Counted from the whole stretch's first letter, positions 35,763 to 50,686 are shown. The stretch: 63,991 bases of DNA, filler included, from Chiloscyllium plagiosum (GCF_004010195.1; 5 parts of one record of this genome joined end to end with filler, not necessarily neighbours in it), one strand, 5' to 3'. The notes: generated by a model from the letters alone, not told the origin. A program made the numbers and translations.

Positions 35763-38089
35763 NNNNNNNNNNNNNNNNNNNNNNNNNNNNNNNNNNNNNN
35801 NNNNNNTTAATTAATTAANNNNNNNNNNNNNNNNNNNNNNNNNNNNNNNNNNNNNNNNNNNNGATTCTCACTTGGAAATAACTGTGGAATATCATACAAC
35901 CACTTAAAATTTTAATCAAATTCCCCATTGTGATTAAGGTATTAATCCCCTTATTCTCATTTGGTTAGAGTTGCCATACAACTAGCAAATGTATTATTCA
36001 ATACATAGCAGTGTAATTTGTTTTCTAAAATTGTATTTAAGAATTTTTAATTGTTTCATGAACTATTTTTCCTGTGACAATAAATAAAACAATCCTGGAA
36101 CACTAAAGAATGAACATTTTCAATCAAAACACCTCGAACTCTTAACCAGCTTGGTTATGCCTTTTAACACTTGCCTTGCAAAGGCTGGCACAGTGGTGAT
36201 GTAGCAGTTTTCACCAGATCAGTGCTCTCTCATTCTTGAGCATCTCCCATTTTCCACAACCTTCAAGCAAGATCCTGGTCTTATCCTGCCCTCTCAAAGA
36301 TATATTTTTTACTCCCTGTAATATCTTCTCCATCAACTCATGTTCTCATCTTCTCTAAATTACTCTCTCCATGTAAACCTCTTAACCCATATTCACAGTG
36401 ATCTTCTTAATTTTGCTATCTCACGTGGCCATGTTATTCTTATAATAGTCAATCAGATAATGATACAAATCCTATTATCATTATCAACCCATACTCTTTT
36501 ACCATGCCATGATCCTCGTCTGTAGTAATCATTTCTGGAAGAAAAACACAATTCACTTACACATTTACAACTATCTAGTCTTCAGTCTCTAATTGTCACA
36601 TTTCTGGAGTTACTAATTTGTTCAACCACACTTCACTTCCAACTTTGATTCACCTCGTCTAAATAAAACCATTGCTCCTCCACACCCTGGCGTTCCCTTG
36701 ATAAAGCTCTCATCCATATTCCTTGAAGCCCAAAAGAGACAAGACTCAATAATTTGGTAGCCAACTGGTTTAAGTCATCCAATACCACATTTTCTTTCTT
36801 TAAATTTCACTGTCAGAATGTAGGCATTGCTGGTTGGGCCAGCATTCATTGTCAGTCTCTAATTGCCCTTGAAAGTTGTAGTAGTGAGCTGCTTTCTTGA
36901 ACCACTACAGTCTATTTTGTGTACACATATGCACAATAACATTAGTGAAGGAGTTCCAGCATTTTGACCCAGCTACACTGAAAGAACAGCAATATATTTC
37001 CAAATTAGGATAGCAAGTGGCTTGGAAGGAATTTGGTATTCCTGTGCTGCCCTTGTCCATCTGATAGCAGTGGTGGAGGATTTGGAAGGCGATGTCTCAA
37101 GAGCCTTGGTCAAAAGGTTGCACTCGTAACTCCTCCAAACAGACAGGTCATTCCAACTCAACTGCCCACATCTAAACTTACATCGAGTATTGTTCACCTA
37201 TCACCCATATGCTCACTGATCTGCATTGTTTCCTGATTTTAAAATTTGCATGGTTAGTTCAAATTCCTCCATCTAATCTCCATTCTTCAAATTCTGGTCT
37301 TGAGATTGTTATTTTTATTCCTGTACTGGTAGCCACACCTGCATCTATGTGAGGTTCAAGCATTAAAATTATCTCGCTACACCACTCCACTTCTTGACTT
37401 CTTTCTTCATTAGATGCTGATATGACTTGGTTTTTGAGATGTTTTAATGCAAAACTGTTATATAAATGTAAATTGTTCATGGCATTAACTTGTTGAAATG
37501 TATACAAACTTGGAAGCGCATCAGAATAATTATACCAAGCGCTGGGAGCATGAGTAACAGCCCATCTCAAAACAAAATCATTTACTTGCTGCCTGGATTT
37601 CCTTTTCATCAGCAATGACGTAGTTTGATCATGTTGGAGAGAAAATAGAATTCAATTATGCCTAAAAAACTTTTGTTTCACTGATAAATCCATTCTCTGC
37701 ACAAGCTGTTGAAGCATGGCTTTTCTAATTGAAAATAATATTTTGATGATGGAAGAACTTTCCAGGGAAATTCCAGCTATGTTGTATACTTAAATTGTCA
37801 GATATTTAGCAAAAAACAATTTAAAAAAATGTTAGTGTGGTGGTTAGTCAAGGAAACCAAATTATGCCTGCCACCTGTGAATTCACACAAATAAAACCTA
37901 TTCTATATTTTGCACATTCTATGCATTACAATATCAACTTTCATCCATAATTCAAGGAATGTGCTTAATCTCATTATCTTTGCTAAGATTCTGAGGCACT
38001 GCAGTGAAAAGATATCATAAATTACCAAATATTAATTTGAACAGTGATAACAAAGAAAAGAAACAGATTCAGAATTTTACGAGGTAATG

Positions 38090-38210
38090 AATTCCTGATG
38101 AAGGGCTTTTGCTCGAAACATCGATTCTCCTGTTCCTCGGATGCTTCCTGACTTGCTGTGCTTTTCCAGCACCACTCTCTCGACTCTAATCTCTAGTATC
38201 TGCAATCATG
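38090..38210 (+). mobile_element. Penelope family A tail
   Basis: attcCTGATGAAGGGCTTTTGCTCGAAACATCGATTCTCC and the usual downstream tail. Confidence 0.8.
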
Positions 38211-38339
38211 ACCACCTTCTATCCTCAACATCCTTCAAATACTTCAGCAGATGGTTCTAAAATTCTCCGATAATAAAGCAATGACTTCCAAACCTGAAGT
38301 AACATTGCAGTTCAACTCCATCAGCATTCACAGTGGTTC

Positions 38340-39150
38340 CAGCACGCTTACTTTGTGATAAACTTAAACATGACTTGAAACTAAATAATGCTCAACAGCC
38401 TCCACACTTAACACATCTCCAACTGGAAATGAGAGATAAAAGCATCACAAATAATTCAGTTGAACAAGCAGAAAAGCATGGATCCTAAAACTGGATGATA
38501 CAATCTTAGGTATCAATTAAACCACCATTCCATTGAGAACCTCTTCTTATTGGTTTTGCCATTCAGTAAGGGAGTGGCCCAGTATCGGTTGCTGTCACTG
38601 ATAGGCTAAATGTTTAATAACAGCTCTTCTTCAGATGAAGCTGGGGTTTTGCCGTGTCCTTTCTGACCTTGTAGATTTTCCTTTTACTCTCTGGTTTCTG
38701 TACTTTGACTCTAGATCATTCATTTTTCTTTCTAAAACATGTCTGTTAAATGTGCCCTTTTTTGCCATTGATTCTGCATACAGCTCCTTTTTACCAACAA
38801 TTTGCTGCAGAATGACTAATTTTCCACAGCAATGACAATTTTGAGTTTGCATTGGTGGTTATCTCTCAGCTTCCGATTTGTGAACTCTCTTGTTCAAGTT
38901 GACTTGTTGAGCTTCCTTCGTTGCCAGATCCATCAAGACCTCTATTTACAGTGCTTTCTTTAAATTTAGGTTCCTCTGCGTTAGTAATCTTTTCTGATTG
39001 TTTTGCAACTTAAACCATGCACTAGCTGGTCTTGACAGCATCATTTATGTTGTCTCTGAATTCACAAAATTTTACTAACTACTTTAAAATATTCACTAAT
39101 TGGGAGATTTGCCATCCCGCTGGAGGCATTTGTGGAATCTGAATGTTTCA
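38340..39150 (-). mobile_element. Decayed Gypsy-like gag with zinc-knuckle remnants
   Basis: FCEFRDNINDA, KTIRKRLLTQRNL and CHCCGK..HSAANCW..KKGH across frameshifts. Confidence 0.65.
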
Positions 39151-39459
39151 GCAATCATGATGAGTTTTGGAAGAAATTGGTTTTGTAGGCTTCCTACTAC
39201 TTCTTTATAAGTTAGGGAACCCACATTCAGCCGAACTCCTCGAAGTTAAAAGACTCTTTCTCCTCCCACCCCCTTTATACTCAAGGATGACTATATCTGA
39301 TTTTTTTTTCTACCTCGAACAAACAAAGAAATCTCTTTCTGTTGAAGTTCCAGCTCTCTGCATTTTCATAATATGGTCCCATGGAGCCAAAATTTCCACT
39401 TTAAAAAAAGAAATGCAAAGGGCATGCATAGCAAAATGTACCAAAGAAACCAATGAACA

Positions 39460-40160
39460 AAGTGGAGTGCATGTTCACAGTTCCTTGAAAGTGGATTCGC
39501 AGGTAGATAGGATAGGGGAGGCGGTGTTTGGTATGCTTTCATTTACTGGTCAGTGCATCAAGTATAGGAGTTGGGAGCTCATGTTGCAGCTGTACAAGAC
39601 ATTGGTCAGGCTATTTTTGGAATATTGTGTGCAATTCTGGTTTGCTTTCTATTGAAAGGATGTTGTGAATCTTGAAAGGGTTCGGCAAAGATTTACAAGG
39701 ATGTTGCCAGGGTTGGAGGATTTGAGGAATAAGGAGATGCTGAATAAGCTGGGGCTGTTTCCCTGGAGCATGGGAGGCTGAGGGGTGACCTACAGAGGTC
39801 TATAAAATCATGATGGGCATGGATAGGGTAAATAGACAAGGTCTTTTCCCTGAGGTGGGGGAGTCCAGAACCAAAGGGTATAGGTTTAGGGTGAGAGAAC
39901 AAATATATAAAGGGGACCTAAGGGACAACTTTTGCATGCAGAGGGTGGTGTGTGTATGGAATGAGGTGTCAGAGGAAGTGGTGGAGGGTGGTACAATTAC
40001 AGCATTTAAAAGGATTCTGGATGGGTATATGAATAGCAAGAGTTTAGAGGGACATGGGCCGGGTGCTGGCAAATTGGACTAGATGAGGTTAGGACATCTG
40101 TTGAACATGGACGAGTTGGACCAAAGGGTCTGTTTCCATGCTGTACATCTGTATGACTAA
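39460..40160 (+). mobile_element. CR1 3' portion
   Basis: LYKTLVRLFLEYCVQFW and QRVVCVWNEV. Confidence 0.9.
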
Positions 40161-40689
40161 TCTTTTAGTACTTCCTTACTTCTTCACATTTAAAGCAAAG
40201 TATTCCTGAGGCTGCTGGCTTCTTTTCCTAGTCCACACCTCTAGTTCAGAAAATTCTCCTCCATGTAGAGCACTCATTATTCAGTGTTCCTTCAAGGAGG
40301 AATATATTGAAAGCTTCTTCTCCACTGTTCACTTGCTCCCTGGTGACTGACTGTACCTTCTTCAGTGCAGTGGAGTCTTTTGATTTTTTCTCCAAGATTT
40401 GCAGTTGGACCATAAGTACTTTTATTTTTTTCAATGATAAATGGTCAGCTGATCCAGTGGATTTCAAAGTGGTTTTTATCCTTGTCTTTAGTTTTTTTGG
40501 TGTTACAATTTAAAGGTCTAGCAGACTAAGTGTTTAACAAGAACAGGAGATTTAGGTGTTCACTTTGCAGGTAGCAAGGTTAGATGAAGTTATTTCCAAC
40601 CCAAAATGGCCTGTCTTCATGTCGTGTAATCAAACTCAAAGAGACAGTCCACCATACTTATCAAATACACAACATACAAGAGTCTTGAC

Positions 40690-41130
40690 ATAGTCCAACA
40701 TTCAATTTGATTGCTTCTGCAGGTGGTATGATTCACTCCCTCTGCCAATGATTAGTAGCAGCAGTGTATATCATCTACAAGATGCACCACAGAAATTCTC
40801 CAAAGCTTCTTCAGCAGATCCTTCTAAACACCCGTCACTACCAACTAGAAGGACAAGGGCAACAGATGCATGGAGACATCACCACCTATCAAATGCTCAT
40901 CAAGCTACTCACCATCTTGATTTGAAAATATATCACCTTTTCATCATTTTTGCTAAGTCAAGTCCTGGAACATCCTCTCTAACAGCGTTTTGGGTGAATC
41001 TACAACAAATGAACTGCAGTGGCTCAATAATGTGGTACATCACCACCTTCAAGGGTAATTAGGGATGTGCAAAAAAATGTGTATCTACCCAGCAAAATTA
41101 CATCTCCTGAATAGAGTTAATTAACAAAAA
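40690..41130 (+). mobile_element. 3' end of the CR1/L2-group LINE family sharing the Deu-SINE tail
   Basis: Homologous to the reverse complement of 2050-2200; ends in caagggtaattagggatg and an A-rich tail. Confidence 0.65.
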
Positions 41131-41841
41131 ACTTCAAGACATTTTGCCAAGGCTTTTTACCTTGCATATGTCAGGAAATTCACATGAATATCAATTCAAG
41201 GGGCAAATCAACATTTATCTTGCAATGAGAGGAGACAGCTGACTGATTGGCAGAGATGTTGCCACAGAAAATGCACCAATTATTGATCATTGTTAACTGT
41301 CAGGTCAATTTGACTCCCCATAACAAAAGTGGCCATATTTGTCATAAGGCAATATTGTACATGAGGATCTGACTTCAGTGTTTAACCTGTCTTTAATTAT
41401 TTCATAGTAAATGAGTTTTCCTTCTACCATATATCCAGCTATAAGTATTTTACCCATTTGGTTTTGGAAATATTAAATAATAGGGTTGACTGCAATTTGG
41501 ACCCCCTAAATAAATCAGGATCATAATGTTAAATTTACATTTCTGACCATACTAATGCAATATTTGAGTCACTGCTGGGTGCACCCCCCACTCCCCCAAA
41601 CTCAACAACAGCCTAATTATCACATATAATAAGGTCCGATATTGTAAATAGTACCTCAATGCACGGCCCACTAAGTTAACCCAGCCAGAATACAGGCTTT
41701 TGAGAAAACCAAACAAATAATTACTTGTGAGAGACAATGAAAATCGGTGATACTGCCCAAGGTATTTTCAGAATAATTTGGTCCTTTCACCTCAAACGAC
41801 CTCCCTGCTAGTTGAGTCAGCCTTCCTGCCACTTTGATGTA

Positions 41842-41935
41842 CCACAGACCTACAGCAAATCAGCTGCCAGTACAGTGCTTTCAACCCACAGACCTAGAGC
41901 AAGTCAGCTGCCAGTACAGTGCTTTCAACCCACAG
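41842..41935. repeat. 44-bp tandem duplication
   Basis: ccacagaccta(c/g)agcaa(a/g)tcagctgccagtacagtgctttcaac twice, plus ccacag. Confidence 0.9.
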
Positions 41936-44714
41936 TCTGCCTTATCTATACCTGAATTTAAAATGAAACCCAATAATCAAATAGTGAACTATACAATTTC
42001 ATTCAGTAAATCCTTTATCTTGAAATAAAACAAAAACGTTGAAAGTATATAACCTGACAATAAGGTATACAGAGAAAAGGTGAATGTTTGGGGTGAAACT
42101 CAGTTCTGAAGGGCAGACAACTGAATTGTTAACTTGTCTTTTTTCATTGCAGATGATGACTGACTTTTTATGTATTGCTGTCATGTCTGTTCTTATTTCA
42201 AAACAAAGATTGCAAATGTGGAATCTCGCTTTTTCTTTCTACTTGTAACCTTTTTTTGCACGTGAACCCAGCTGATGCATTTTCAGGAGTAATGTTCTGA
42301 CAACAGTGTGGAAATTATTAGGTTATATATTTTTCACCAAGTGTGATCCAATGGAGGAGCATTTGGAGGCAGAGTTGGAACCCATTAATGGCTTTAATAC
42401 CTGTCAATGCTCAAAGTGGAGATTCTGTCCTATGTATCTGCAGAAAGATCATAAGGTTTCTAACAAATATTATTATATGACAGTGAACTATCATATACTG
42501 ATCTTACATTAATTGACTTTACAAGTTCATTGTGAAGAGGAGTGGAAGACTGAAAATGTTAAAAGGATACACCAGGCAACTACAAGTTAACAGTTTAATT
42601 TGTTTGCAGCAAAAGGTTTAGAGGCCCAGAATTTCACTCCTTGAACCAGGGAATGGGAGTTGAGAAATCATGTGGTTTGCCACATCATATCAAAAGGAAC
42701 TTATCCAAATGGCAGGAGCTTCATTCCAGGATGGGTTGCAATCACAGATGCAGGTTGGAAACAGTTACATAGACTGCCAAAGTGGTGAGGGCAGGTTCCT
42801 CAAACCTAAAGCCCTGCTCAGTTCCTTGAGACTTTGTCCAATTGTTTTGTTAAATATTAGGCCATCTGGTGAGAGTTTGCTTTCCAGCAGGGTAATAACA
42901 GAGTTAAAAGTAAACTATTAGATTACAAACAGCAACATGTTCCTTGTAGCATGTCATCTAATTCTCACTCACTCATCCTCAGCCAGCATGCCCCTTCCAT
43001 ATCATCTCATGGCTTTCATCTATCCACATTGACTCTCACATTCTCCCTATTGGTCCCTTATAGACCACACAACAAATTATAAACTTCAGACAATGCATTT
43101 TACCTTTACACCCTCCCGTCAATTTACGCCATATTTAGATTAGATTAGATTTCTTACAGTGTGGAAACAGGCCCTTCGGCCCAACAAGTCCACACCGACC
43201 CGCCGAAAGCGTATACCACCCAGACCCATACTCCTACATTTACCCCTTCACCTAACACTACGGACAATTTACTATGAGAAGAACTCAGGAGTCATTTTGA
43301 GACAAGAAAAATTCTAAATCTCAATTAAAGCCCTTACTATTAAAAACACTCCCATTTGTAAAAGCCAATTAAATAAATTATATAATTAATCCTTCGTAAA
43401 ATAAAGATAAATTCATTATCTCATATCAATGGCAGCCAATTGCTGAATTCTCTCATTGAGATTTAATTGAACTGTGTCAGTTAGACACTGAGATAATACT
43501 AGCTTGTAGCAAGAAACCAAGTGTTAATAATAACAACGATTCTTTGGGGGCAATGTGAACAAATGGTTTATGTTTTAGACTGATAGTTAAAAAAAAGTCT
43601 GTTCTATCCCTGAGACAGGTAGCCTATTTTTAATTTTTAAAGGGCTTGGGCTTAAATAATTTCACAGTTCTATAGATCTCATCCATCCTGAAGAAATTTA
43701 TGACGAGTCATATTTGTTACATGCTGACTTACAGATTAAGATCCTTGCTACAGAAAAATGAGGTTCATTTCAACTCAGCATCAAGTCCCAAAAGCCCTGA
43801 TAATTTCCAGTTTCTCTCATGTGAAAGTCTAACCTTTGTCCCTTTCCTCTCTAATGAAAATAAGTTCTGCCAGAAATGGGGAAATATTTCCAGATCTAGG
43901 TAGGAAACTTTAAAGGGAGACTCTGAAAATCTGGACTATAAAGTGAATGGCTAGGTTGTGTGTAAAAGAAATCTTGTGGATAGGAGTACTCACTATTATA
44001 TGAAAACCCTTTGTTGTGAAGCTAAATTTTCTTGACTAAAATAATTGCTAATACAGTAAAACCAAAATGTAATAAGTAATAAACCTCTATTGTAATGTTC
44101 ATTAAACCATGGGGAGGCTTCATATTTGTTGTAATGATGTAAGTTCAATTAGAGTAATTTTAATATTTACAATGGTGTAAAACTTGTTTATATTGGATAA
44201 ACCTCTAACTATATACTGGGCTTCATTTTTCTTCAGTGTTGACAAAAAAGAAAATGGAGTGTGGTATATTGAGTGGCCATCTTACACAATCTCTAACGGT
44301 TAAATTTACTTCCAATAATGATCTAGTTGCAGGGCCATTTACATAGAAGAAAGAAAGTGACAACAACCACTCATTCAGCAGTTCAAAAGAGAACAAAAAC
44401 AAGGCATTTAGCTGACCATCAAGAGTTTTTCACATCACAATCTTAATTTAAATTTATTCAGAAAGGGGACCTAACCAAAAGATACAATTTCAGATGTAAA
44501 GGACAATAACATTTCTCCTTGATTTTCATAATAATCTAAAACTTCAGCATATCAATCATCTATGACCAATTCTAACTCTCAGAATACATTATAGTATTAT
44601 TAATACATAACATTCAAATCAGTCTACCAAGGCAAACATCTAGTTCATTTTTTCCACAGTAGCTTAATGTAAGAAAATTTAAAGTAAATATCAGTTGCAG
44701 TTGAGAATCAAGAT

Positions 44715-44940
44715 TAAGTTTGCACGTTCTCCCCGTGTCGGCGTGGGTTTCCTCCGGGTGCTCCGGTTTCCTCCCACAGTTCAAAGATGTGCAGGTCAGG
44801 TAAATTGGCCATGTTAAATTGCCCGTAGTGTTAGGTAAGGGGTAAATGCAGGGGTATGGGTGGGCTGCGCTTCGGCGGGACGGTGTGGACTTGTTGGGCT
44901 GAAGGGCCTGTTTCCACACTAAGTAATCTAATCTAATCTC
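44715..44940 (+). mobile_element. HE1/V-SINE, 5'-truncated
   Basis: V-domain and (aatct)n tail. Further partial copies at 24345-24550 and 43135-43275 (minus). Confidence 0.88.
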
Positions 44941-45431
44941 ATTAATATAGACATCATGGAAGAAAACTTAGCAAAATTGGGAGAGGATAAAGAGACTATT
45001 GATTTGTATGTAAGCTAGTTTGCTAAGCTTGAAGCTTCAAGCTCAGCAAGCTAATTTATCTTCTCAAAAATCACAAAGACTGTTGATTTGATTAGGAATT
45101 ACAAAGGTGATTAAAAAACATTTCTCTGTAAACTTAAGGTACCAAAACAGTTGTCAAAAGGAATTGAAGCTGATTCAGGACCAAAACTGATGACTATTTG
45201 TCGAGGCAGAGGGTTCATCTAACATGCTAAATTATTACTCTATATTTTTATGCACTAAAGAGGATTCTGACAGAAAAGGAGGCAGTAGGTATTGGAAGAA
45301 AGAAATTACTTCTGAGATCAACAGTTCTCAAAGTGGAAAAGTCACTGATCCAGATAGAATATACCTTCGGTTTCTATGAAAAAGAATGTTGAAAACACCA
45401 TGAGTTTCTAACCCCAACCTTCCACTGACTG

Positions 45432-45735
45432 GTGGCACAGGAGCTCAATGGTTAGCACTGCTGCCTGACAGCACAGGGAACCAGATTCAATTTCATTCTC
45501 GGTCAACTGACTGTGTGAAGTTTACATGTTCTCCTGTCTGTGTGTGTTTCCTCCAGATGCTCCAGTTTTCTCCCACAGTCCAAAGATAAGCAGATTAGGT
45601 GGATTGGCCATGACAAATTGCCCTGCAGTGTCCAAGGATGTGTAGGTTAGGTGCATGAGCCATGGGAAATGCAAGGTTACAGATATTTTGGGTGGAGTCT
45701 GGGTTGGATTCTCTTTGAATCCAAACCATACTGCA
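45432..45735 (+). mobile_element. HE1/V-SINE, diverged
   Basis: ggtggcacag..ctcaatggttagcactgctgcc head and V-domain. Confidence 0.8.
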
Positions 45736-45774
45736 AGGTATCATGAGTGAAGTATCAGAGGAAGGATTGCAAAT

Positions 45775-45935
45775 GTTACACCAGATTCAAGGTGTTATCA
45801 GCTCACCCTGGTGTGTCCCTAATCAGACGGGCTTCCATTTTTAACCTCATCAACCTGTATGGGCCTTTCAATAGTTCCCATCAAGAACATCCAGGATTGT
45901 TGTGGTTTGTGTGCTCTCCACAACACAACAATGAA
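45775..45935 (+). mobile_element. Possible highly decayed PIF/Harbinger transposase remnant
   Basis: QIQGVI and PSRTSRIVVVC..LHN resemble Harbinger DDE motifs, but the match is fragmentary. Confidence 0.35.
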
Positions 45936-47746
45936 AAGATGATTGGAGGTGGCACAGGGAGAAGGTGCAGAGCTGTCAGCACCCTCAAAGGAAGAGGAAA
46001 ATCTGATCTGGTGTTGGCAGGTGCAACCACACACCTAGTTGCTAGAGAAACCCATGACTGGCTTATGCAGAAATGTCTCATCCAAAAAGTGTGATTTCAA
46101 CAATTGATGCCTTCTGTCAAGATCCTTGTGGAACTCATCAAGTACAAGGACAATTCATTATCAAGGCAAGAAACTGCTTGTGAGGCTGAATGGCAAATGG
46201 CAAAGGAAAAGAAATGTGGTAGTTTTGAAGAGTGACCACTGCCAAGGACTCATTCTCCCTTTTCCCTCTCAGTCTTTTCCTGTTAACCAGGGGTGAGGGA
46301 GCAGTTTTGCTCGATCATTAGTTACTGGGCAGCCAGTGTTCAGGCCACTGGTTTGGCACAGGGTGTACTCAGTGGCCTGTAATTTTTGATTCTCAGGGTT
46401 TGACCACATTTTCCATACGGATAATCATCAGCATAAATAGCAAACGTATCAGCACTCTTGCTAACGATGAGTTTCTCATGCTCTGCAAAGATTCCCAATG
46501 CCTCAGGAGACAATTTCTTTTGTGGTTTCACAAATTTTCTTTCATTCCTGATCCAGAAACTCAGCATATGTATCAAGTTGAGCAGACCTCGAAATGTCCT
46601 GTGTGGTCTGAAGTGGACATTCAATTGTTTTGCTGTCTCCAGCAACTTTCCTGCATGCGATGCTCTCCTCCCCATGTGCAACCTTTTCTGGATGAGAAGC
46701 AGCATGTGCACCTTGCTGGTGGAGCAAGTGCAGATTCTTCCTCAACTTTTCCATTATGATCCAAGATGGGCTTGTACAACATTAAAGACTTGAATTATTG
46801 CTGAAAGGTGAAGTAGACAAACTTCAAATAATGCAGATCATGAAATCTCATAGTGCTGACATCAATGTAATAGGAGTGACAGGAATAAAGTGGGGAAATG
46901 AACAGTTACATAAACAGATTGGACAGGAACATAAGTCATCAAAACTAATTGGGTTGACAGGCAGGGCAAGTAAGTTGAGAATATGAAAATTTTAGAACAC
47001 AAGAAATAGGAGCAGAAGTAGGTGATCAGACTCATAATACCATGGCTGATCTTTCCATGGTTGCCAGGCATCAAGTGGTCTCTATCCTCTTAGAAGGCGG
47101 CAAGGATTCTCTCCCCGTAATGAGAAAGGAGGTAAATGTAAGCATTTCACCTGCCTTATGGAGTCATTTTCCTCCTGGAATGAGACCAAGAGAGAGATGG
47201 AACAAGATGAAAGTGGCTGGCACAACTGTTCGTGCTATTGCAGTGGAAATAATACAATGGGACAAAGGGGTGAGCCAAAGTAGAGTAGGTAGTGCAGAGG
47301 CCTTGCAGCGTTAGTGTATATGCGTGCGCATGTGTGGGTGGTTGCTGAGTGTGAGCGAAAGAATATATTGTTAGCAATGAGAGTGGCAGAGCATGAATCT
47401 TGATGGGAAGAGGGTTCAGTGGCAGAGTTAGAATGATTATGAAGTAGAAGAGAGAAGTTGATGACGCTCATGGTCAATAACTTTTGGGTGTTTGTCTGGT
47501 GTGTGGTTGACCTGGGTAACCACCTCTGGGCAGGATTTGGTGCTGTGGTGTCCTCTGGCAGTCCTAAAGTAAAAAGGCAGACCTCATCAGCATCACTGTC
47601 AGTAAAGTGAGGATATTTCTCAGCCTTTTATACCAATTCCTCGTGCACACAGAAACAGTGAGGGGTCAACTGTGGACGGAGCTGATGTACGATTGTGCTT
47701 TTAAACTTTGTGTCAGCACCAGGAGTCTTGGGAGGTACTAGCCCTC

Positions 47747-50500
47747 ATAAGACCATAAGACATAAGAGCAAAAATTAGGCCATTCAGCCCATTGAGTCTG
47801 CCCATCATGGTTGATACATTTCTCAACCCCATTCTCCCACTTTATCCCTGTAACTGATGATCCTCTTGATACTCAAGAACCTATCTATCGTAATCATAAA
47901 TATACTCAATGACCTGGCCCCCAAAGCCTTCTGTGGCAATGAATTCCACAGATTCACCACTCTCTTGCTAAAGAGATTTCTCCTTATCCCCATGCGAAAA
48001 AGATCTTCCCTTTAAGGCTATGCCCTCAGGTCCTAGTGTCTTCCCAACATCTACTCTGTCCAGACCATTCAGTATTCTGTATGTTTTAATTAGACCCCTC
48101 CACATCCTTCTAAACTCCATAGAGTATAATCCTAGAGTCCTCAAACATTCCTCATCTGTTAAGTTTTTCATTTCTGGGACCATTCTCATAAACCTCCTGC
48201 GAACACGCATCAGGGCCAGTACATCCTCCCTGATGTATAGGGCCCAAAGCTGTGTACAATATTCCGAATGTGGTCTGACCAGAGCCTCAGAGGTACATCC
48301 CTATTTTTATATTCAAGTCCTCTCAAATTAAATGCCACCATTGCATGTGCCTTCTTAACTACTGACTCAACCTGCAAGTTAACCTTGAGAGAATCCTGGA
48401 CTTGAACTCTGAAGTCTCTTTGAACTTCAGATTTCTGAATTTTTTCCCCATTTCAAAAAATAGTCCATGTCTCTATTCTTCCTACCAAAGTGCAGGACCA
48501 CACACTTTCCCACATTATATTCCATCTGCCACTTCTTTGCCCACTCTCCTAATCTGTCCAAATCCTTCTGTTCACCTGTCTCCTCACTGCTACCAGTCCC
48601 TCTACCTATCTTTGTATCGCCTGCAAACTTAGCCAGAATGCCCTCAGTTCCTTCATCTAGGTATTAATGTATAAAGCAAAATGTTGTGGTCTCAACACTA
48701 AGCCTTGCGGAACACCACTTGTCATTGGCTGCCATCCTGAGAAGGACCCTATTCTCCCCACTTTCTACCAGACAGCCAAGCTTCTACCCTTGGTCGCACC
48801 TTGCCTCAGACACCATGGGTCCTTAATTTAGTCAGTAGCTCCTGTGCGGCACCTTGTCAAAGGCCTCCATGAAGTCTAGGTAGATAACATCCACTGACTC
48901 TCGTTGGTCTAATCTGCCCATTACTTCTTCAAAGGATTCTAGCAGATTTGTAAGGCCTGACCTCCCCTTGATGAAACCTTGCTGAGTTTGCCCTATTTTA
49001 CCATACACTTTCAAGTATTCAGAAAACTCATCCTTCACAATGGATTCCAGGATCTTTTCCATGACTGAAGTTAGGCTAATCTGTCTGTAATTTTCCATCT
49101 TTTGCCTTACTCCCTTTTTTAAACAGGAGTGTCATGTTAGCAATTTTCCAGTTCTCTGGGACCTTCCCTTACTTTAGCTATTCCTGAAAGCTCACCACCA
49201 ATGCCTTCACTCTCTTCGGTTATCTCCCTTAGAACTCTGGGGTATATTTCACCTTTAGGCCATTCAGTTTTTCTAGCACCATCTCCTTGGTGATGGCCAC
49301 CAAACTGAGCTCAGCCCCCTCACTCTCTTGAATTTTTGGGATATTACTCATGCCTTCCTCTGACATTACTCAGAATTCAGTTCCTCAGACATTTCCTTGT
49401 CCACTACTATCTCCCAAGTGTCATTTTTCAGCAGCCCAAAGTCCACTTTTTCCCTCTTTTGCCCTTTATAACTCTTATAGTCTTCCTTGATATTACTAGC
49501 AAGCTTACCCTCATATTTAATCTTCTCCTCCTCATTTCTTTTTTTTGGCCTCCGTTGGTCTTTGTAAGCTTCCCAATCCTCTGCCCTTCACCACATTACA
49601 TGCTTTCTCTTTTGTTTTTATGCTATCCCTGACTTCCCTAGTCAGCCATGGTTGCCTCATCCTCCCTGTACCATGCTTCTTTTTCCTTGGGACGAATCTC
49701 TGCTGTGTCTCCTGAATTACTCCTGGAAACTTCTGTCATTGCTGATCCACTGTCTTTCATGCTGGGCTCCTCTCCTAGTCAATTCTACCCAGCTCCTCCC
49801 TTGTTTGTAGTTGCCTTTATTTAGCTGTAATACCGCTAACTCTGATTCTATTTTCTCCCCCTCAAACTGCAGAGTAAATTTAATAATATTATGATCACTG
49901 CATCCTAAGGGTTCTTTCATCTTAAGATCCCTCATCAAGTCTGCCTCATTGCACAACACAAAATCCAGTATTGCTTGTTCCCTTGTGGGTTCCACCATAA
50001 GTTGCTCCAAAAAGCCATCTTGTAGACATTCCACAAATTCCATTTTCCCAGTCAACCTGCATATTGAAATCCCACAGGATCACTGGAACTTTGCCTTTCC
50101 TACACATCTTTTCAATATCCTGGTGTAACCTGCATCCCAGTTCCTGACTACTATTTGGTGGCCTGTGCACAACTCCAAATTTTTTTGACCTTTGTGCTCC
50201 CTCAATTCAACCCACACAGATTGTACACCATCTGACTGTAAGTCATTTCTTACTACTGATTTAATTTCATTTCTTACTAATAAGGCAACCTCGTCCTCTC
50301 TGCCCACCTACCCATCTTTTCAATAGGATGTATATCCTTCAGCTCCCAATCCTGATCACACCACCTCCCCCACCACCACCAGCCCCCGCAGCCACGTCTC
50401 TGTGATGCCTACCACGTAACACCCTGTGCCAATTTTGATCTGTGCCACCAGCTCATTTACCTTATTCCTTGTATGGAGTGCATTCAGATATAAAACCTTC
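47747..50500 (-). mobile_element. Long decayed CR1 ORF2 (endonuclease and RT)
   Basis: HRPPNSS, WDFNMQVDW, EPLGCSDHN, NYRQISLTSVMEK, DFMEAFDKVPH; repeat tail at 47747. Confidence 0.92.
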
Positions 50501-50686
50501 AGTCCTGCATTAATGTTCTCTTCTCACTGTCATTTGTTTGTCCAGTGGGCTTGAAGTTTGATTGCTAACCCTTTCCATATGCTCTGTTCTATTTGTGTCT
50601 GTGCTGGAGATTTTAATGGCCTCTCCAGAGTACTGCACTCTTACCTCCTTCTTTAAATTCAGATTTTCTGATTTCCTCCCCCTCCT

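Noticed and set aside
41842..41935. CRISPR-like repeat array
   Set aside because: Two adjacent units with no spacers in a vertebrate genome; a simple tandem duplication.
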